Origin: the human T2T-CHM13v2.0 reference genome, Homo sapiens
Strand: one strand, 5' to 3'
Assembly (NCBI RefSeq): GCF_009914755.1
Contig: NC_060937.1
Length of the DNA: 64,000 nt
In this document: positions 1 through 14,069 of the stretch, piece after piece
Layout: each line of letters opens with the position of its first letter
Numbering within the stretch: position 1 is the first letter of the stretch
Made by a program: the position numbers and the translations under genes
The notes under the pieces: generated by a model
Seen by the model: the letters and a program-made list of their open reading frames with translations, nothing else
Database searches by the model: none
What the model was told of the DNA's origin: nothing

Positions 1-1196
1 AGAGGGAGGATATTGCTATATGGACACACTTTAAGAGAAAGAAAGAAAACCTGATTTTAGCTGTACTAGGACTAAAGGAGAGGCTTTGTGGTCATAGTAT
101 TTTTCTTTAGGTCAACCTGTTTACCAGGAAGAGCAAAGTTTAGTGATGAGGTAAGACTAAGGAAAATCATGAAGGAAATATCTTTTTACCAACTTTACGG
201 GAACAGAAGAAAATTATACGCTTAACCCATTAAACAAAAAATGAAGATGAGTTATGGGGTTCCATAACGATGAGTTATATGAGTTCCATTGTGTCTCAGC
301 TTGTCTCTCAGGAGTCTGACTCCCCTAAAAGTAGTTAGATGTGCCAAAACTGAGGATCCTGTCATAACATGTGATGTACCCATAGCTCAAGTGACTGGTT
401 CTTATCCTTGTAAGAGTTTTAACAAATTTGGAGATAAATTACACAGAGAAAAAGGACTTACTACCTTTAGTCCTAACTCTCATTCCTATGCTACTTAGCC
501 AGGTGATGAAGCAACTGTAGCCTGAGTTGGGAGCTTTGATGTTAATTTTTTAAAGAAGTGTTCAGTCATCCGGGAGATGCTAACTATACTTTTGTTTAAA
601 TAGCAAAGCCAGAGAGAATTTTTCTTATTCAAAGATGAATTAACAGAATACAGATAAGCAAGTTAACAAACACAAAACCTATGTAAATATCTTAGCATTC
701 CAAAGTAACTGATAAGCAATACTTAAATAACTGTCTTAGTTATTTAAGCTGCCAAGGAAGGTAAACAGCAAATGACATGAGAGAAAAAAGATAACAAAAA
801 TGAAGTAATACATGAAAAAGAGCTAAGGATATTGACTATAGAATATAATTTAATATAAGTAGCAAGGAGCAGAATAAACAATGTGGAAGATGGAATCAGT
901 AAGCTAGAGATTTGGCTTGAGGAAATCTGCATAGAATATAGAGAAATTGGAGAGAAAAAATGGAGTTAAAGGGAATGAATTGCAGATAGTGAAAAACCAT
1001 AATTGACATCTTTGGAGAAGACAGTAGAATAATGGGAAATGGAAAATATTCAAGAAAATAATAATAAATTTGTTCTGAATGATTTAAAATATGAATCTGG
1101 AGGTGAAGACTCATTTTTGGAAAATATACTGGTGCAGTTTGCTAAATTTTCAGGGATTGCAAAAGTGATTTCACAAATATCAAGAAAAACTAGTTA

Positions 1197-2421
1197 TATC
1201 GGGGAACCTGCCCCGATAATCATGTAGGTTCTTTTCTATTTTTCCTAAGCGGCGGCCGGCTTGAGAAATAAAGGGACAGAGTACAAAAGAGAGAAATTTT
1301 AAAGCTGGGCATCCAGGGGAGACATCACAAATTGGTAGGATCCGTGATGCCCCACAAGCCACAAAAACCAGCAAGTTTTTATTAGAGATTTTCAAAAGGG
1401 GAGGGAGTGTGTGAATAGGTGTGGGTGACAGACATCAAGTACTTAACAGGGTAATAGAATATCACAAGGCAAGTGGAGGCAGGATGAGATCACAGGACCA
1501 CAGGACAGAGGCAAAATTAAAATTGCTAATGAAGTTTCGGGCACCATTGTCACTGATAACATCTAATCAGGAGACAGTGTTTTGAGATCAACCGGTCTGA
1601 CCAAAATTTATTAGGCGGGAATTTCCTCTTCCTAATAAGCCTCACAGGACCACAGGACTGAGGCGAAATTAAAATTGCTAATGAAGTTTTGGGCACCATT
1701 GTCATTGATAACATCTTATCAGGAGACAGGGTTTTGAGATCAACCGGTCTGACCAAAATTTATTAGGCAGGAATTTCCTCTTCCTAATAAGCCTAGGAGC
1801 GCTATGGGAGACTGGAGTCTGTTTTAGCTCTGCAGCCTCAACCATAAGAGACAGGCGCACCTGGGGGGGCTGTTTATAAGCCTATACCTCCAGGTGCGTA
1901 TTCTCTTTCTCAGGGATGTTCCATGCTGAGAAAAAGAATTCAGCGATATTTCTCCCATTTGCTTTTGAAAGAAGAGAAATACGGCTCTGTTATGCCTGGC
2001 TCACCGGCGGTCAGAGTTTAAGGTTATCTCTCTTATTCCCTGAACAATTGTTGTTATCCTGCTCTTTTTTCAAGGTGCCCACATTTCATATTGCTCAAAC
2101 ACACATGCTATATAATTTGTGTAGTTAACACAATTATCACATGGTCCTGAGGCGATATACATCCTCCTCAGCTGACAGGATTAAGAGATTAAAGTAAAGA
2201 CAGGCATAGGAAATCACAAGAGTATTGATTGGGGAAGTGATAAGTGTCCATGAAATCTTTACAAATTTTATGTTTAGAGATTGCAGTAAAGACAGGCATA
2301 AGAAATTACAAGAATATTAATTTGGGGAACTAATAAATGTCCATGAAACCTTTACAATCCATGTTCTTCTGCCATGGCTTCAGCTGGTCCCTCTGTTTGG
2401 GGTCCCTGACTTCCTGCAACA
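1197..2421 (-). mobile_element. MER11 solo LTR (HERV-K11/HML-8, ERVK)
   Basis: The minus strand starts TGTTGCAGGAAGTCAGGGACCCC...GAAGCCATGGCAGAAGAAC and ends ...GGTTCCCCGATA. It has a 6-bp TSD TAGTTA at 1191-1196 and 2422-2427. Confidence 0.9.
1491..1794. repeat. 152-bp tandem duplication inside the MER11 LTR
   Basis: Copies at 1491-1642 and 1643-1794 with 7 substitutions by eye. Confidence 0.95.
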
Positions 2422-2930
2422 TAGTTAGGTCAGCGCAGTGGAAAATAATGAAGCTGGCTGACTTCTTTTCAAACCACACACAATTTCTGAAGTTAATGAT
2501 TCAACAGCTGGAGAGTTCTGATGGAAAAAACAGTATAACTAAAGAATTTCCTAGGCAGCCCTAGCTACTTTTAAGTAGGGGCAAATGAAGGATATTCTTA
2601 AGTATACAGGACTCAGTAAATGTACCACCCCTTTTTTATCATGAGGTTACCCTGTCTACATAGTTTTATGCTTTTCCGTCTGGAACTCAGTTTTGCTTAT
2701 GCCCTCTAAATCTAGATTTTGTTTCCTTTTTGTTTGTATATCTCTGATTTGTCTTTGCCTATCATTTTAGTTTAATTATTTAACTTTTAGATATGGCTAT
2801 GTAAATGTATTTGAAAACCTGGATTTTTAAGAATGATGTAAATAAGTTCAAGATGAGGAAAGACAAAAACCTAACAGACTCTAGTTATAAAAAAATTGAA
2901 ACATTATTCGCTAATAAAAGCACCAGTGTA

Positions 2931-5037
2931 GCTCTCCCTCTCCCTCTCCCTATCCCTCTCCCTCTCCCCACGGTCTCCCTCTCCCTCTCTTTCCACGGTC
3001 TCCCTCTGATGCTGAGCCAAAGCTGGACTGTACTGCTGCCATCTCGGCTCACTGCAACCTCCCTGCCTGATTCTCCTGCCTCAGCCTGCCGAGTGCCTGC
3101 GATTGCAGGCGCGCGCCGCCACGCCTGACTGGTTTTCGTATTTTTTTGGTGGAGACGGGGTTTTGCTGTGTTGGCCGGGCTGGTCTCCAGCTCCTAACCG
3201 CGAGTGATCCGCCAGCCTCGGCCTCCCGAGGTGCCGGGATTGCAGACAGAGTCTGGTTCACTCAGTGCTCAATGGTGCCCAGGCTGGAATGCAGTGGCGT
3301 GATCTTGGCTCGCTACAACCTCCACCTCCCAGCCGCCTGCCTTGGCCTCCCAAAGTGCCGAGAGTGCAGCCTCTGCCCGGCCGCCACCCCGTCTGGGAAG
3401 TGAGGAGCGTCTCTGCCTGGCCGCCCATCGTCTGGGACGTGAGGAGCCCCTCTGCCTGGCTGCCCAGTCTGGATAGTGAGGAGCGTCTCTGCCCGGCTGC
3501 CATCCCATCTAGGAAGTGAGGAGCGCCTCTTCCCGGCCGCCATCCCATCTAGGAAGTGAGGAGTGTCTCTGCCTGGCCTCCCATCCTCTGAGATGTGGGG
3601 AGCGCCTCTGCCCCGCCGCCCCATCTGGGATGTGAGGAGCGCCCCTGCCCGGCTGCGACCCCGTCTGGGAGGTGAGGAGTGTCTCTGCCCAGCCACCCCG
3701 TTTGAGAAGTGAGGAGACCCTCTGCCTGGCAACCGCCCCGTCTGAGAAGTGAGGAGCCCCTCCGCCCGGCAGCTGCCCCGTCTGAGAAGTGAGGAGCGCC
3801 TCCGCCCAGCAGCCACCCCGTCTGGGAAGTGAGGAGTGTCTCCACCCGGCAGCCACCCCATCTGGGAGGGAGGTGGGGGTCAGCCCCTGCCAGGCCAGCC
3901 ACCCCATCCGGGAGGGAGGTGGGGGGGTCAGCCCCCCGCCCGGCCAGCCGCCCTGTCTGGGAGGGAGGTGGGGGGGGGTCAGCCCCCCGCCCGGCCAGCT
4001 GCCCCGTCTGGGAGGTGAGGGGCGCCTCTGCCCAGCCGCCCCTACTGGGAAGTGAGGGGCCCCTCTGCCCGGCCAGCCGCCCCGTCCGGGAGGGAGGTGG
4101 GGGGTCAGCCCCCTGCCTGGCCAGCCGCCCTGTCTGGGAGGGAGGTGGGGGGGGTCAGCCCCCCGCCCGGCCAGCCGCCCCGTCCGGGAGGTGAGGGGTG
4201 CCTCTGCCTGGCCGCCCCTACTGGGAAGTGAGGAGCCCCTCTGCCCGGCCAGCCACCCCGTCCGGGAGGGAGGTGGGGGGGTCAGTCCCCCGCCCGGCCA
4301 GCTGCCCCGTCCGGGAGGGAGGTGGGGGGGTCAGCCCCCCGCCCGGCCAGCCGCCTCGTCTGGGAGGGAGGTGGGGGGGTCAGCCCCCCGCCCGGCCAGC
4401 CGCCCCGTCCGGGAGGTGAGGGGCGCCTCTGCCCGGCCGCCCCTACTGGGAAGTGAGGAGCCCCTCTGCCAGGCCACCACCCCATCTGGGAGGTGTACCC
4501 AACAGCTCATTGAGAACGGGCCATGATGACAATGGCGGTTTTGTGGAATAGAAAGGGGGGAAAGGTGGGGAAAAGATTGAGAAATCGGATGGTTGCCGTG
4601 TCTGTGTAGAAAGAAGTAGACATGGGAGACTTTTCATTTTGTTCTGTACTAAGAAAAATTCTTCTGCCTTGGGATCCTGTTGATCTGTGACCTTACACCC
4701 AACCCTGTGCTCTCTGAAACATGTGCTGTGTCCACTCAGGGTTACATGGATTAAGGGCGGTGCAAGATGTGCTTTGTTAAACAGATGCTTGAAGGCAGCA
4801 TGCTCGTTAAGAGTCATCACCACTCCCTAATCTTAAGTACCCAGGGACACAAACACTGCGGAAGGCCGCAGGGTCCTCTGCCTAGGAAAACCAGAGACCT
4901 TTGTTCACTTGTTTATCTGCTGACCTTCCCTCCACTATTGTCCTATGACCCTGCCAAATCCCCCTCTGCGAGAAACACCCAAGAATGATCAATTAAAAAA
5001 AAAAAAAATAAATAAATCAATAAATTAAAAAAAAAAA
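2931..5037 (+). mobile_element. SVA retrotransposon, near full length (SVA_C/D-like)
   Basis: (CCCTCT)n head, antisense Alu-like region, GC-rich VNTR, SINE-R (~4486-4993) and polyA. TSD aaaagcacca[g/a]tgta at 2916-2930 and 5038-5052. Confidence 0.96.
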
Positions 5038-5404
5038 AAAAGCACCAATGTAAGTTGTGTCTTGAGGGAGATATTTCAAATCTATAAGAAACCAGGAATT
5101 CTAATTCTTTTAATTGTTCAGAGTATAGAAAAGAAAGCACTCATTTTCTTTACAGCCAGGATAACTAACATGAATACTAAAACCTAGTAAAAGATATCCT
5201 CCCCACCCACCCCCCCAAAAAAAAACGCTAAGACAAATCTTACTAATATGTGATTTTTGTATAAGCAAGATAGTAGCAAAAAGAGAATTTAAATAATAAA
5301 GCGAGAATATATTATGGCCAAACATGGTTAATTTTAGGAGTATACAGAGAGCGTTGGTACAATATTAGTAAGCCTACTATTTATGTTTACAATTTATTAT
5401 ATAA

Positions 5405-5756
<352 letters not shown>

Positions 5757-6478
5757 AAAAAAATCAGTCTGTTTCTAATTAAATCTAATAAGATAGGAAT
5801 CCGTACCTTCATAACATAATTAATATCTCTCAAACCAATAGGCAGCATCATGTAAAACACCAGTAGCATTCCCAATAAAAGCAGGAACAAGGTGAGATAC
5901 CACACTATCTCTGCTATTGTTTAACATTGTTTTGGAAGCATTAGCTAGTGTAATTATGTAAGAATATAAAATAAGAAATACAAGTGTGGGAAAGGAAGAA
6001 GCTTTCATTTTTCTTGGAAAATCCAGGAGAATCAACCGAAAAACTACTCAAAATGGGGTAGCCAAAATGAGTATGTAAAAATCCAAAGTTTTCTGTATAT
6101 AACCAACAATCATTTACATTATTATGGGAGTAAACATCAGAAGACCTAGAAGTAAAGTATACAAGAAATTTGCAATGCTGTAATAATGGTGGATGGGGGG
6201 ATATAATACTTAACAAATACATTGGTCAGGAAAAGGTACGTTACCTAGTAAATAATTAGCAAGCAGTTTTGAAAGGAAAATAGACCGCTTACTTTGATTT
6301 TACATATATTCCAGAAGAATCAAAGACAAATTATTGCATTAAGTGTATAACATGGATTTGGTTTAAGTATATAACATGAATTAAAATACTAGTAACCAGT
6401 ATATTTTTATAACTTCCTTGTTTGTAGAGGAAGGGACCCTTATACCAAGTCATGAATGAAATATTGATGGGTTGGATT

Positions 6479-6879
<401 letters not shown>

Positions 6880-7089
6880 TAGGTGTACAGTACAGTTCTA
6901 GGTGTCGAGGACATTGTAATAAAGAGGACAGGCTAAGTCTCTCTGCCCTTTTATTTTAGTGGGGGTGAGGAACCACTATTTAGATAAAAGCCAAAATCAT
7001 GAAATAAGTTGGAAACACAAATGATATGCTGGAAAACTATTTTCAGTATATATTAGTTAGAAAAGGTTAATACCTGCAATGTATAAAGA

Positions 7090-7403
7090 CCCCCCCCCCT
7101 TTTTTTTTTGTTTGAGACAGGGTTTCACTCTGTCTCCCAGGCTGTAGTGTAGTGGCTTGATCTCTTGGCTCACTGCAACCTCTGCCTCCCAGGTTCTAGC
7201 AGTTTTTGTGTCTCAGCCACCCAAATAGCTGGGATTACAGGCGTGTGCCACCACCCCTGGCAATTTTTTTTTGTTTGTGTTTTTAGTAGAGACTGGATTT
7301 TGCCATGTGGGCGGGGCTGGTCTCTGTCTCCTGGCCTTAAGTAATCTGTCCCCCTTGGCCTCCCAAAGTGTTGGAATTACAGGTGTGAGCCACTGTGCCT
7401 GGC
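7090..7403 (-). mobile_element. Alu (J/S)
   Basis: Alu dimer; TSD tgcaatgtat(t)aaaga. Confidence 0.88.
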
Positions 7404-7798
7404 TGCAATGTATTAAAGATTCTTAATGAAGGAATAACAAATATAAATCTCATAGTAGAATACTAGCAAAGAGAATGAACAGGAAATTTATAAGCAGGAA
7501 GTCCTGTCAGCCTTCCAAATCATGAAAAGATGCTTATGTAATCAAGGAAATACAAATATAAGCAATTATGTGATGCAACCAGTATTAGTTAGCATTCCAA
7601 CAATGCTGTCTTGGTGGGAGTATAAAATGATGCTATGCTTCTAGGTTGGTAACGTGGTAATATATGCAAACTTAAAATGTGTATAGTTTTTGGCTCTGCA
7701 CTTTCAGGAATTTATCCCAGAGATAATTAGAAAAGATGTGCACATAATCTGTCATATAGTTCAGGGTTCAGTCAGAGAAACAAACTATACTAGGTATA

Positions 7799-9959
7799 AA
7801 GTCATGTACTGCATAATGGTGCGTTGGTTAACGATAGACCAGATGTATATGGTAGTCTCTTAAGATTATGATGGAGCTGCACTGCACAGGGGTACAACTT
7901 TTATCTTTATTTTTTATTTTTATTTATTTATTTATTTTATTATTTTTTTTTAAAATTTTTTTAGTATTTATTGATCATTCTTGGGTGTTTCTTGGAGAGG
8001 GGGATTTGGCAGGGTCATAGGACAATAGTGGAGAGAAGGTCAGCAGATAAACATGTGAACAAAGGTCTCTGGTTTTCCTAGGCAGAGGACCCTGCGGCCT
8101 TCCGCAGTGTTTGTGTCCCTGGGTACTTGAGATTAGGGAGTGGTGATGACTCTTAATGAGCATGCTGCCTTCAAGCATCTGTTTAACAAAGCACATCTTG
8201 CACCGCCCTTAATCCATTTAACCCTGAGTTGACACAGCACATGTTTCAGAGAGCACGGGGTTGGGGGTAAGGTTATAGATTAACAGCATCCCAAGGCAGA
8301 AGAATTTTTCTTAGTACAGAACAAAATGGAGTCTCCTATGTCTACTTCTTTCTACACAGACACAGTAACAATCTGATCTCTCTTTCTTTTCCCCACATTT
8401 CCCTCTTTTCTATTCGACAAAACCACCATTGTCATCATGGCCCGTTCTCAATGAGCTGTTGGGTACACCTCCCAGACGGCGTGGTGGCTGGGCAGAGGGG
8501 CTCCTCACTTCCCAGACGTGGCAGCCGGGCAGAGGCGACCCCCACCTCCCAGACGGGGTGGCTGCCGGGCGGGGGCGCCCCCCACCTCCCAGACGGGGTG
8601 GCTGCTGGGCGGGGGAACCCCCCACCTCCCAGACGGGGCGGCTGCCGGGCGGGGGCTCCCCCCACCTCCCAGACGGGGTGGCTGCCGGGCGGGGGTGCCC
8701 CTCACTTCCCAGACGGAGCGGCTGCCGGGCGGAGGGGCTCCTCACTTCTCAGATGGGGCGGCCGGGCAGAGGTGCTCCTCAGTTTCCAGACGGGGTCGTG
8801 GCCGGGCAGAGGCGCTCCTCACTTCCCAGACGGGGTGGCGGCTGGGCAGAGGTGCTCCTCACCTCCCAGATGGGGTGGCGGCCGGGTAGAGACGCTCCTC
8901 ACCTCCCAGACGGGGCAGCCGGGCAGAGGTGCTCCTCACATCCCAGACGGGGCGGCCGGGCAGAGGCGCTCCCCACATCCCAGATAGTGGGTGGCCAGGC
9001 AGAGACGCTCCTCAATTCTTAGACAGGATGACGGCCGGGAAGAGGCGCTCCTCACTTCCCAGACTGGGTGGCCTGGCAGAGGGGCTCCTCACATCCCAGA
9101 CAATGGGCGGCCAGGCAGAGACACTCCTCACTTCCTAGACGGGATGACGGCTGGGAAGAGGCGCTCCTCACTTCCCAGACTGGGTGGCCGGGCAGAGGGG
9201 CTCCTCACATCCCAGACAATGGGCAGCCAGGCAGAGATGCTCCTCACCTCCCAGACGGGGTGGCGGCCGGGCAGAGGCTGCAATCTCAGCACTTTGGGAG
9301 GCCAAGGCAGGCGGCTGGGAGGTGGAGGTTGTAGCGAGCCGAGATCACGCCACTGCACTCCAGCCTGGGCAACATTGAGCACTGAGTGAGCAAGACTCCA
9401 TCTGCAATCCCGGCACCTTGGGAGGCCGAGGCGGGCAGATCACTTGAGGTCAGGAGCTGGAGACCAGCCCGGCCAACACGGCGAAACCCCGTCTCCACCA
9501 AAAAATACAAAAACCAGTCAGGCGTGGCGGTGCACGCCTGCAATCCCAGGCACTGGGCAGGCTGAGGCAGGAGAATCAGGCAGGGAGGTTGCAGTGAGCC
9601 GAGATCGCGGCAGTACAGTCCAGCCTCGGCAACAGAGGGAGACCGTGGAAAGCGGGAGACGGAGACGATGGAGAGGGAGAGAGAGCAACTTTTATCTTTT
9701 ACACCATATTTTTTCAGTACCTTTTCTATGTTTAGATATACAGATATTTACCACTGTGTTATAATTGCATATAGCATTCAGTACAGTAACATGTAGTACA
9801 AGTTTGTAGTCTAGGAGCAATAGGTCATACCATATAGGTTTGAGTAGGCTATACCATCTAGGTTTATGTAAGTTTACTCTATGATGTTCTCACAACAATG
9901 AAATCATCCAGTGATGCATTTCTCAGAATGTATCCCTATTGTTAAGTGATGTATGACTG
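7799..9959 (+). mobile_element. Tigger3/MER7-family DNA transposon (MITE) split by the SVA
   Basis: 5' arm (a)agtcatgtactgcataa...taagattatgatggagctg at 7799-7908; 3' arm at 9700-9959 ending gttaagtgatgtatgactg; TA on both flanks. Confidence 0.8.
7909..9685 (-). mobile_element. SVA retrotransposon (older SVA_A/B-like)
   Basis: polyT/(TTTA)n tail, SINE-R (~7964-8477) retaining AATAAATACT, VNTR, Alu-like region and a short hexamer head. 14-bp TSD caacttttatcttt at 7895-7908 and 9686-9699. Confidence 0.96.
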
Positions 9960-11420
9960 TATTTTAAACAAATTAATACAGATGTTTAAAGGACAAAAGA
10001 GAAAAATGTTGCATTGGTAATTCAGGGATACAAATTGGTGGAAGCAGCTACTACCTCTAGAGCTGGTGGGATAATTGGGAAGAAGTAGTGTTAAGAGGTG
10101 GAGGAGCCCTGTCAGTATCACCCAACAGACTGCCAAAGTATGGCATGGCCTGGCTGTTGCTGGGGAGCAGTGAAACTACTGCTCAGAACGCCTTAAGAAG
10201 CTCTAGTGTCTTGTAGTGGAAGAAATTAATAGGAAACCAGCTCTTTGCAGATTTACAGCTTCAGGATCTCTGAGCAGATTATGAAAGGATAGGTTTAAAG
10301 CTCAGAGAGAGTATGTAAACAGCCAGCACAGGGATATTCATGGTATTGTTGTTAAGGTGTTTTTAAAAATTTTTAAATCTAAAATGCTTATCAGTATGAG
10401 ATTAGTTTTGGTATAGCCATACACTATACATACACTGAGAGCTATGTGACTGTTAAAAAGAATAGTGCTTAGCAATATTTGACAAATGAGGTTCTACACA
10501 CATTGTTGGTTGAAAAAAATGTTTCCAAATACTGTGTATTTTATATCCTTACTTATTAATGTCTGTATAATAATATGTCTAGAGAAATTTTAGGAGTGTT
10601 CACCAAAATGTTGACAGTATTGTTTCAGGGTAGTGAGATGCTGAGTTTTTTCTTTAGGGTTTCATGTATTTTTCAGTTTGAATGTATTTTTCATTTTCTA
10701 TATTGGTATGATTGTTATCAAGGAAAAAACTTGAAGGTAGAAAGTCAATTTAATGAGGGAATAAGAAATTCTTTTTAATAGGAAAAGCAGTCAGCATAGG
10801 TGGTTATTTATTTTCATTGACTTAGTACTGCAGAATTCTTAAAATTGTTTTTTCTTTATGTTCATTGTTTCAGTTTGTTTTCTTTTAAAATAACTGAGTA
10901 TGTAAAATATTGGATGAGCTAAAGGTTTCACATAACTATCTTTAAAAATCTCAGCTAAAGTTGCTGCTAGTGTGAACAATAATTTTTCTCTTGATTATTG
11001 GGGAAAGATTATAGGTGTTTGTGTTATCAAATCTGATTTATGAGAAGATAGGTCTTATCTATGAAGTTTAGTTACTGAAGTAACCACAGAATAATAATCT
11101 TTTATTTCACAAAGAAACCACAGACCATAGACTAAAAGATTAGTGTTTTAGTTATACTAATTTTTTTCCACGTTATATTATTGAAATTTTCAAACATATA
11201 CAGAAGTAGGGAGAATACAAATCCCCAGGTATTCACCAACCAGCTTTAACAATGAATAAACTTACAGCCAGCTTTATTTTTTCTGTGCCTCCACACACTC
11301 CCTTGTTCCTCTTATATTTGAAGGCAAATCCCAGATACTGTCGTTTCATCTGTATATCTTTATCCCAAACACAGTTAACACTAATAACTTAATGTCCAAT
11401 TGGTTTTCTCAAAAAATGTG

Positions 11421-11673
11421 TTTTTGTTGTTGTTGTTTGTGTCAGGGTCTTGGTCTGTTGCCCAGACTGGAGTGCAGTAGTCAGATCGTAGCTCACTGCG
11501 GCCTTGAACTTCTGGGCTCAAGTGACCATCCCACCTCAGCCTCTCAGTAGTTGGAACCACAGACACCACATCCAGCTAATTTTTTTTTTTTAAACTTTTT
11601 GTAGAGATGGAGTCTCTCATTATGTTGCCCAGACTGGTCTCAAATTCCTGGGCTCAAGCCACCCTTCCTCCTC
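11421..11673 (-). mobile_element. AluJ, 5'-truncated
   Basis: Alu right monomer, linker and partial left monomer. Confidence 0.8.
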
Positions 11674-11879
11674 AAAAATTGTTTGTTTGATTCAGGATGG
11701 AAGTAAGATTTATACATTGTGATTGGTTGCTGTGTCTTTTAAGTATCTTGTTTCTTGTGGGCTTTCTCTCTAGCTCTCACTCTGCTTGCAGCAGGAATCA
11801 GGTTGTTTCTCTTGAAGAGTTTCCCATAGACTGATTTTTGCTAATTTTATCCCTTAGACATAATTTGATAGGTTCTTCT

Positions 11880-12183
11880 TTGTTGTTGTTTGTTTTGATT
11901 TTTTTAACAGGGTCTTGCTCTGTTGCCCAGGCTAGAGTGCAGTGGTGCGATCACAGCTCACTGCAGCCTCGACCTCCTGGTTCAAGCAATCCTCCCACCT
12001 AGCCTCCTAAGTAGCTGGGACTACAGGCGCATGTCACCATGCCTGGCTAATTTTTATGTTGTTTTGTAGAGACAGAGTTTCACCTTGTTGCCCAGTCGGT
12101 CTCGAACTCTTGGGCTCCAGCAATCTGTCCACCTCAGCCTCCCACAGTTCTGGGATTACAGGTGTGAGCCACTGTGCCTGGCC
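11880..12183 (-). mobile_element. AluJ
   Basis: Full Alu dimer with J diagnostics. Confidence 0.88.
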
Positions 12184-14069
12184 ATATTTCTTTATTTTCT
12201 CTAAAATGATGGCTGAATCCAGAGACCTCATTGGATTCTGGTTCAACTTTTTTATTTTTACAGGACTATTTTATAAGATTGGTATGCTTTCCTGTCAGGA
12301 GGCTCATAATAGCTGGCCATCTCTCTATTTATGATGTTTGCAGCTGTTGATATTAGTAGTCAGTCTTGATATTCTTATTGTCATTCTTCTTCATTTCCTA
12401 GCTGAATACTTTTGTAAAAAGCAAATTCTTATCGATTCTTTGGTTTCCCAGTGTTATATTTGTTTAGGAAAGGCAGAATAAATGCTTGATTTTTTGAATG
12501 TTATTTAGTAGTATTCAAAATAAAGAGGACTAGTGTCCTCCAAAGGTGACCAGTTGAGTGTCGTTTTTAAAAAAATCATAACGGGTTTACGCATATTTGT
12601 GTTTCAGTCAGTTATGGTGATCACATGCATTGATGCCCAGATTATCCCGTGTATAATCTTGGAAGCCTCTTCAAGTTAGTCCCTGAGTCCTTTGAAACAA
12701 TCCCAATAATCTCTGTAATTTCTTTGCTATCTTGTATGACAGGATATTCCAGGACTATCTTGCACTTGTTCTGCCCCAGACCTGGAATTGGCCAATTCTC
12801 CGAGGGGCTCTGGTTCCTTTTAATGGGAATGGTATTAAGAAATTACAACATGAGTCCTGTGGGTACTAATTGCTAATGTATAAGTCATGACTCTATGATA
12901 ATTCAGTAGACATAGCTTTTTTGAAAGATGAAATTCATGTTTGTTTATACGGATACTTACAGTTCAAATTCAGGATTACATGGTTTTTACTGAACTTCAA
13001 TTTTACATTTATATCTCTTTTTTCCCTCATGGCACAGGATAACAACACTATAATATTACATAATAACTCAATTGCTTTATCTCATAATACATCCATAGCA
13101 GTCTCATGATAGCAGTAGCACCACCAATATGATTCCTAAAAGTAGTCATTTACTTTTTTAGCTAGTTCTTTTTTTTATTTAGCATGTATCATATTAGAGA
13201 TCTGCAGTCAAATTCCCATTTTAAAGTTATTTGGAATAATAATTCTTTGGGTGGTTATGCTAGCACATGGATACATACCCTTGTTCATTTGTTTCATTCT
13301 TTTTGAGAGGTCGCTCTTTTAAAATTTAATTTTGTTTTTTAATTATATGAAATGTTAAATGGCTTTAAACATATCTAAAGGAAGCAAGATAAATTTCAGG
13401 AAGTCCAATCCTCAATCCTCTAACCTATTCCTTTCTTCCCTGTAGATAAACTTAAAAAAAAAAAAAAGCCCCCTTCCGTGCACATACCTGTCTGCATATG
13501 TATGCACATTTGATAAAATGAATAAGATAAACTATATACACTTTTCTTCACCTTTTTTCTCTCTAATGGCATGCACTGGCAATTATCTCATATAAATATA
13601 GAGAGATCCCCATTTATTGTGTGGCTGTATCATAATTTATTTAACCAGTTCATTATTTATGGACATTGGGTTGTTTTCAGTATTACAGTCTTTCAGTGAA
13701 TAGCTTTGTATTTGCGCCTTTTGTGTTTTTTGACAGTTATCTTTGGGAGCAGTTCTTAGAAATAGAAGAGTAAATGCATGTACAATTTTGCTAGGTATTA
13801 CTGTGTTCCTATCCATAATGGTTACACCACTTTGCATTCTCACTAGCAGTATGTAAGAGTGTCTGCTTCCCCACAGCCTTGCCAGTAGACGATGTTGTTA
13901 TGAAATATGTCTCTTCCTAACTCTGGTCATCTTCCTTGTTCTGCAGGCTTTTGTGTCTGAGAATAGTGTAGCCATTTGTGCTTTTCTTTGGTCCTAGTGT
14001 TTGTAAGGCATATATTTTTCCTTTCCATTTTTAGTCTTCCTGGGACTTCATATTTAAAGTGAGTTTCTT

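Noticed and set aside
2190-2360. Imperfect ~90-bp repeat pair here, and the terminal hairpin (tatcgggg/ccccgata, 1197-1218), in the LTR
   Set aside because: As far as I recall, both are native to the MER11 consensus
3370-4490. Regular ~37-50-bp repeats resembling a CRISPR array or a CpG-island promoter
   Set aside because: Tandem SVA VNTR units with no unique spacers, in a eukaryotic intron
3049-4988. Dense overlapping Pro/Gly/Arg-rich ORFs on both strands
   Set aside because: An artefact of the stop-poor GC-rich SVA VNTR and Alu-like region; there is no gene structure
7975-9764. Second cluster of overlapping ORFs (up to 197 aa)
   Set aside because: The same SVA artefact on the opposite strand
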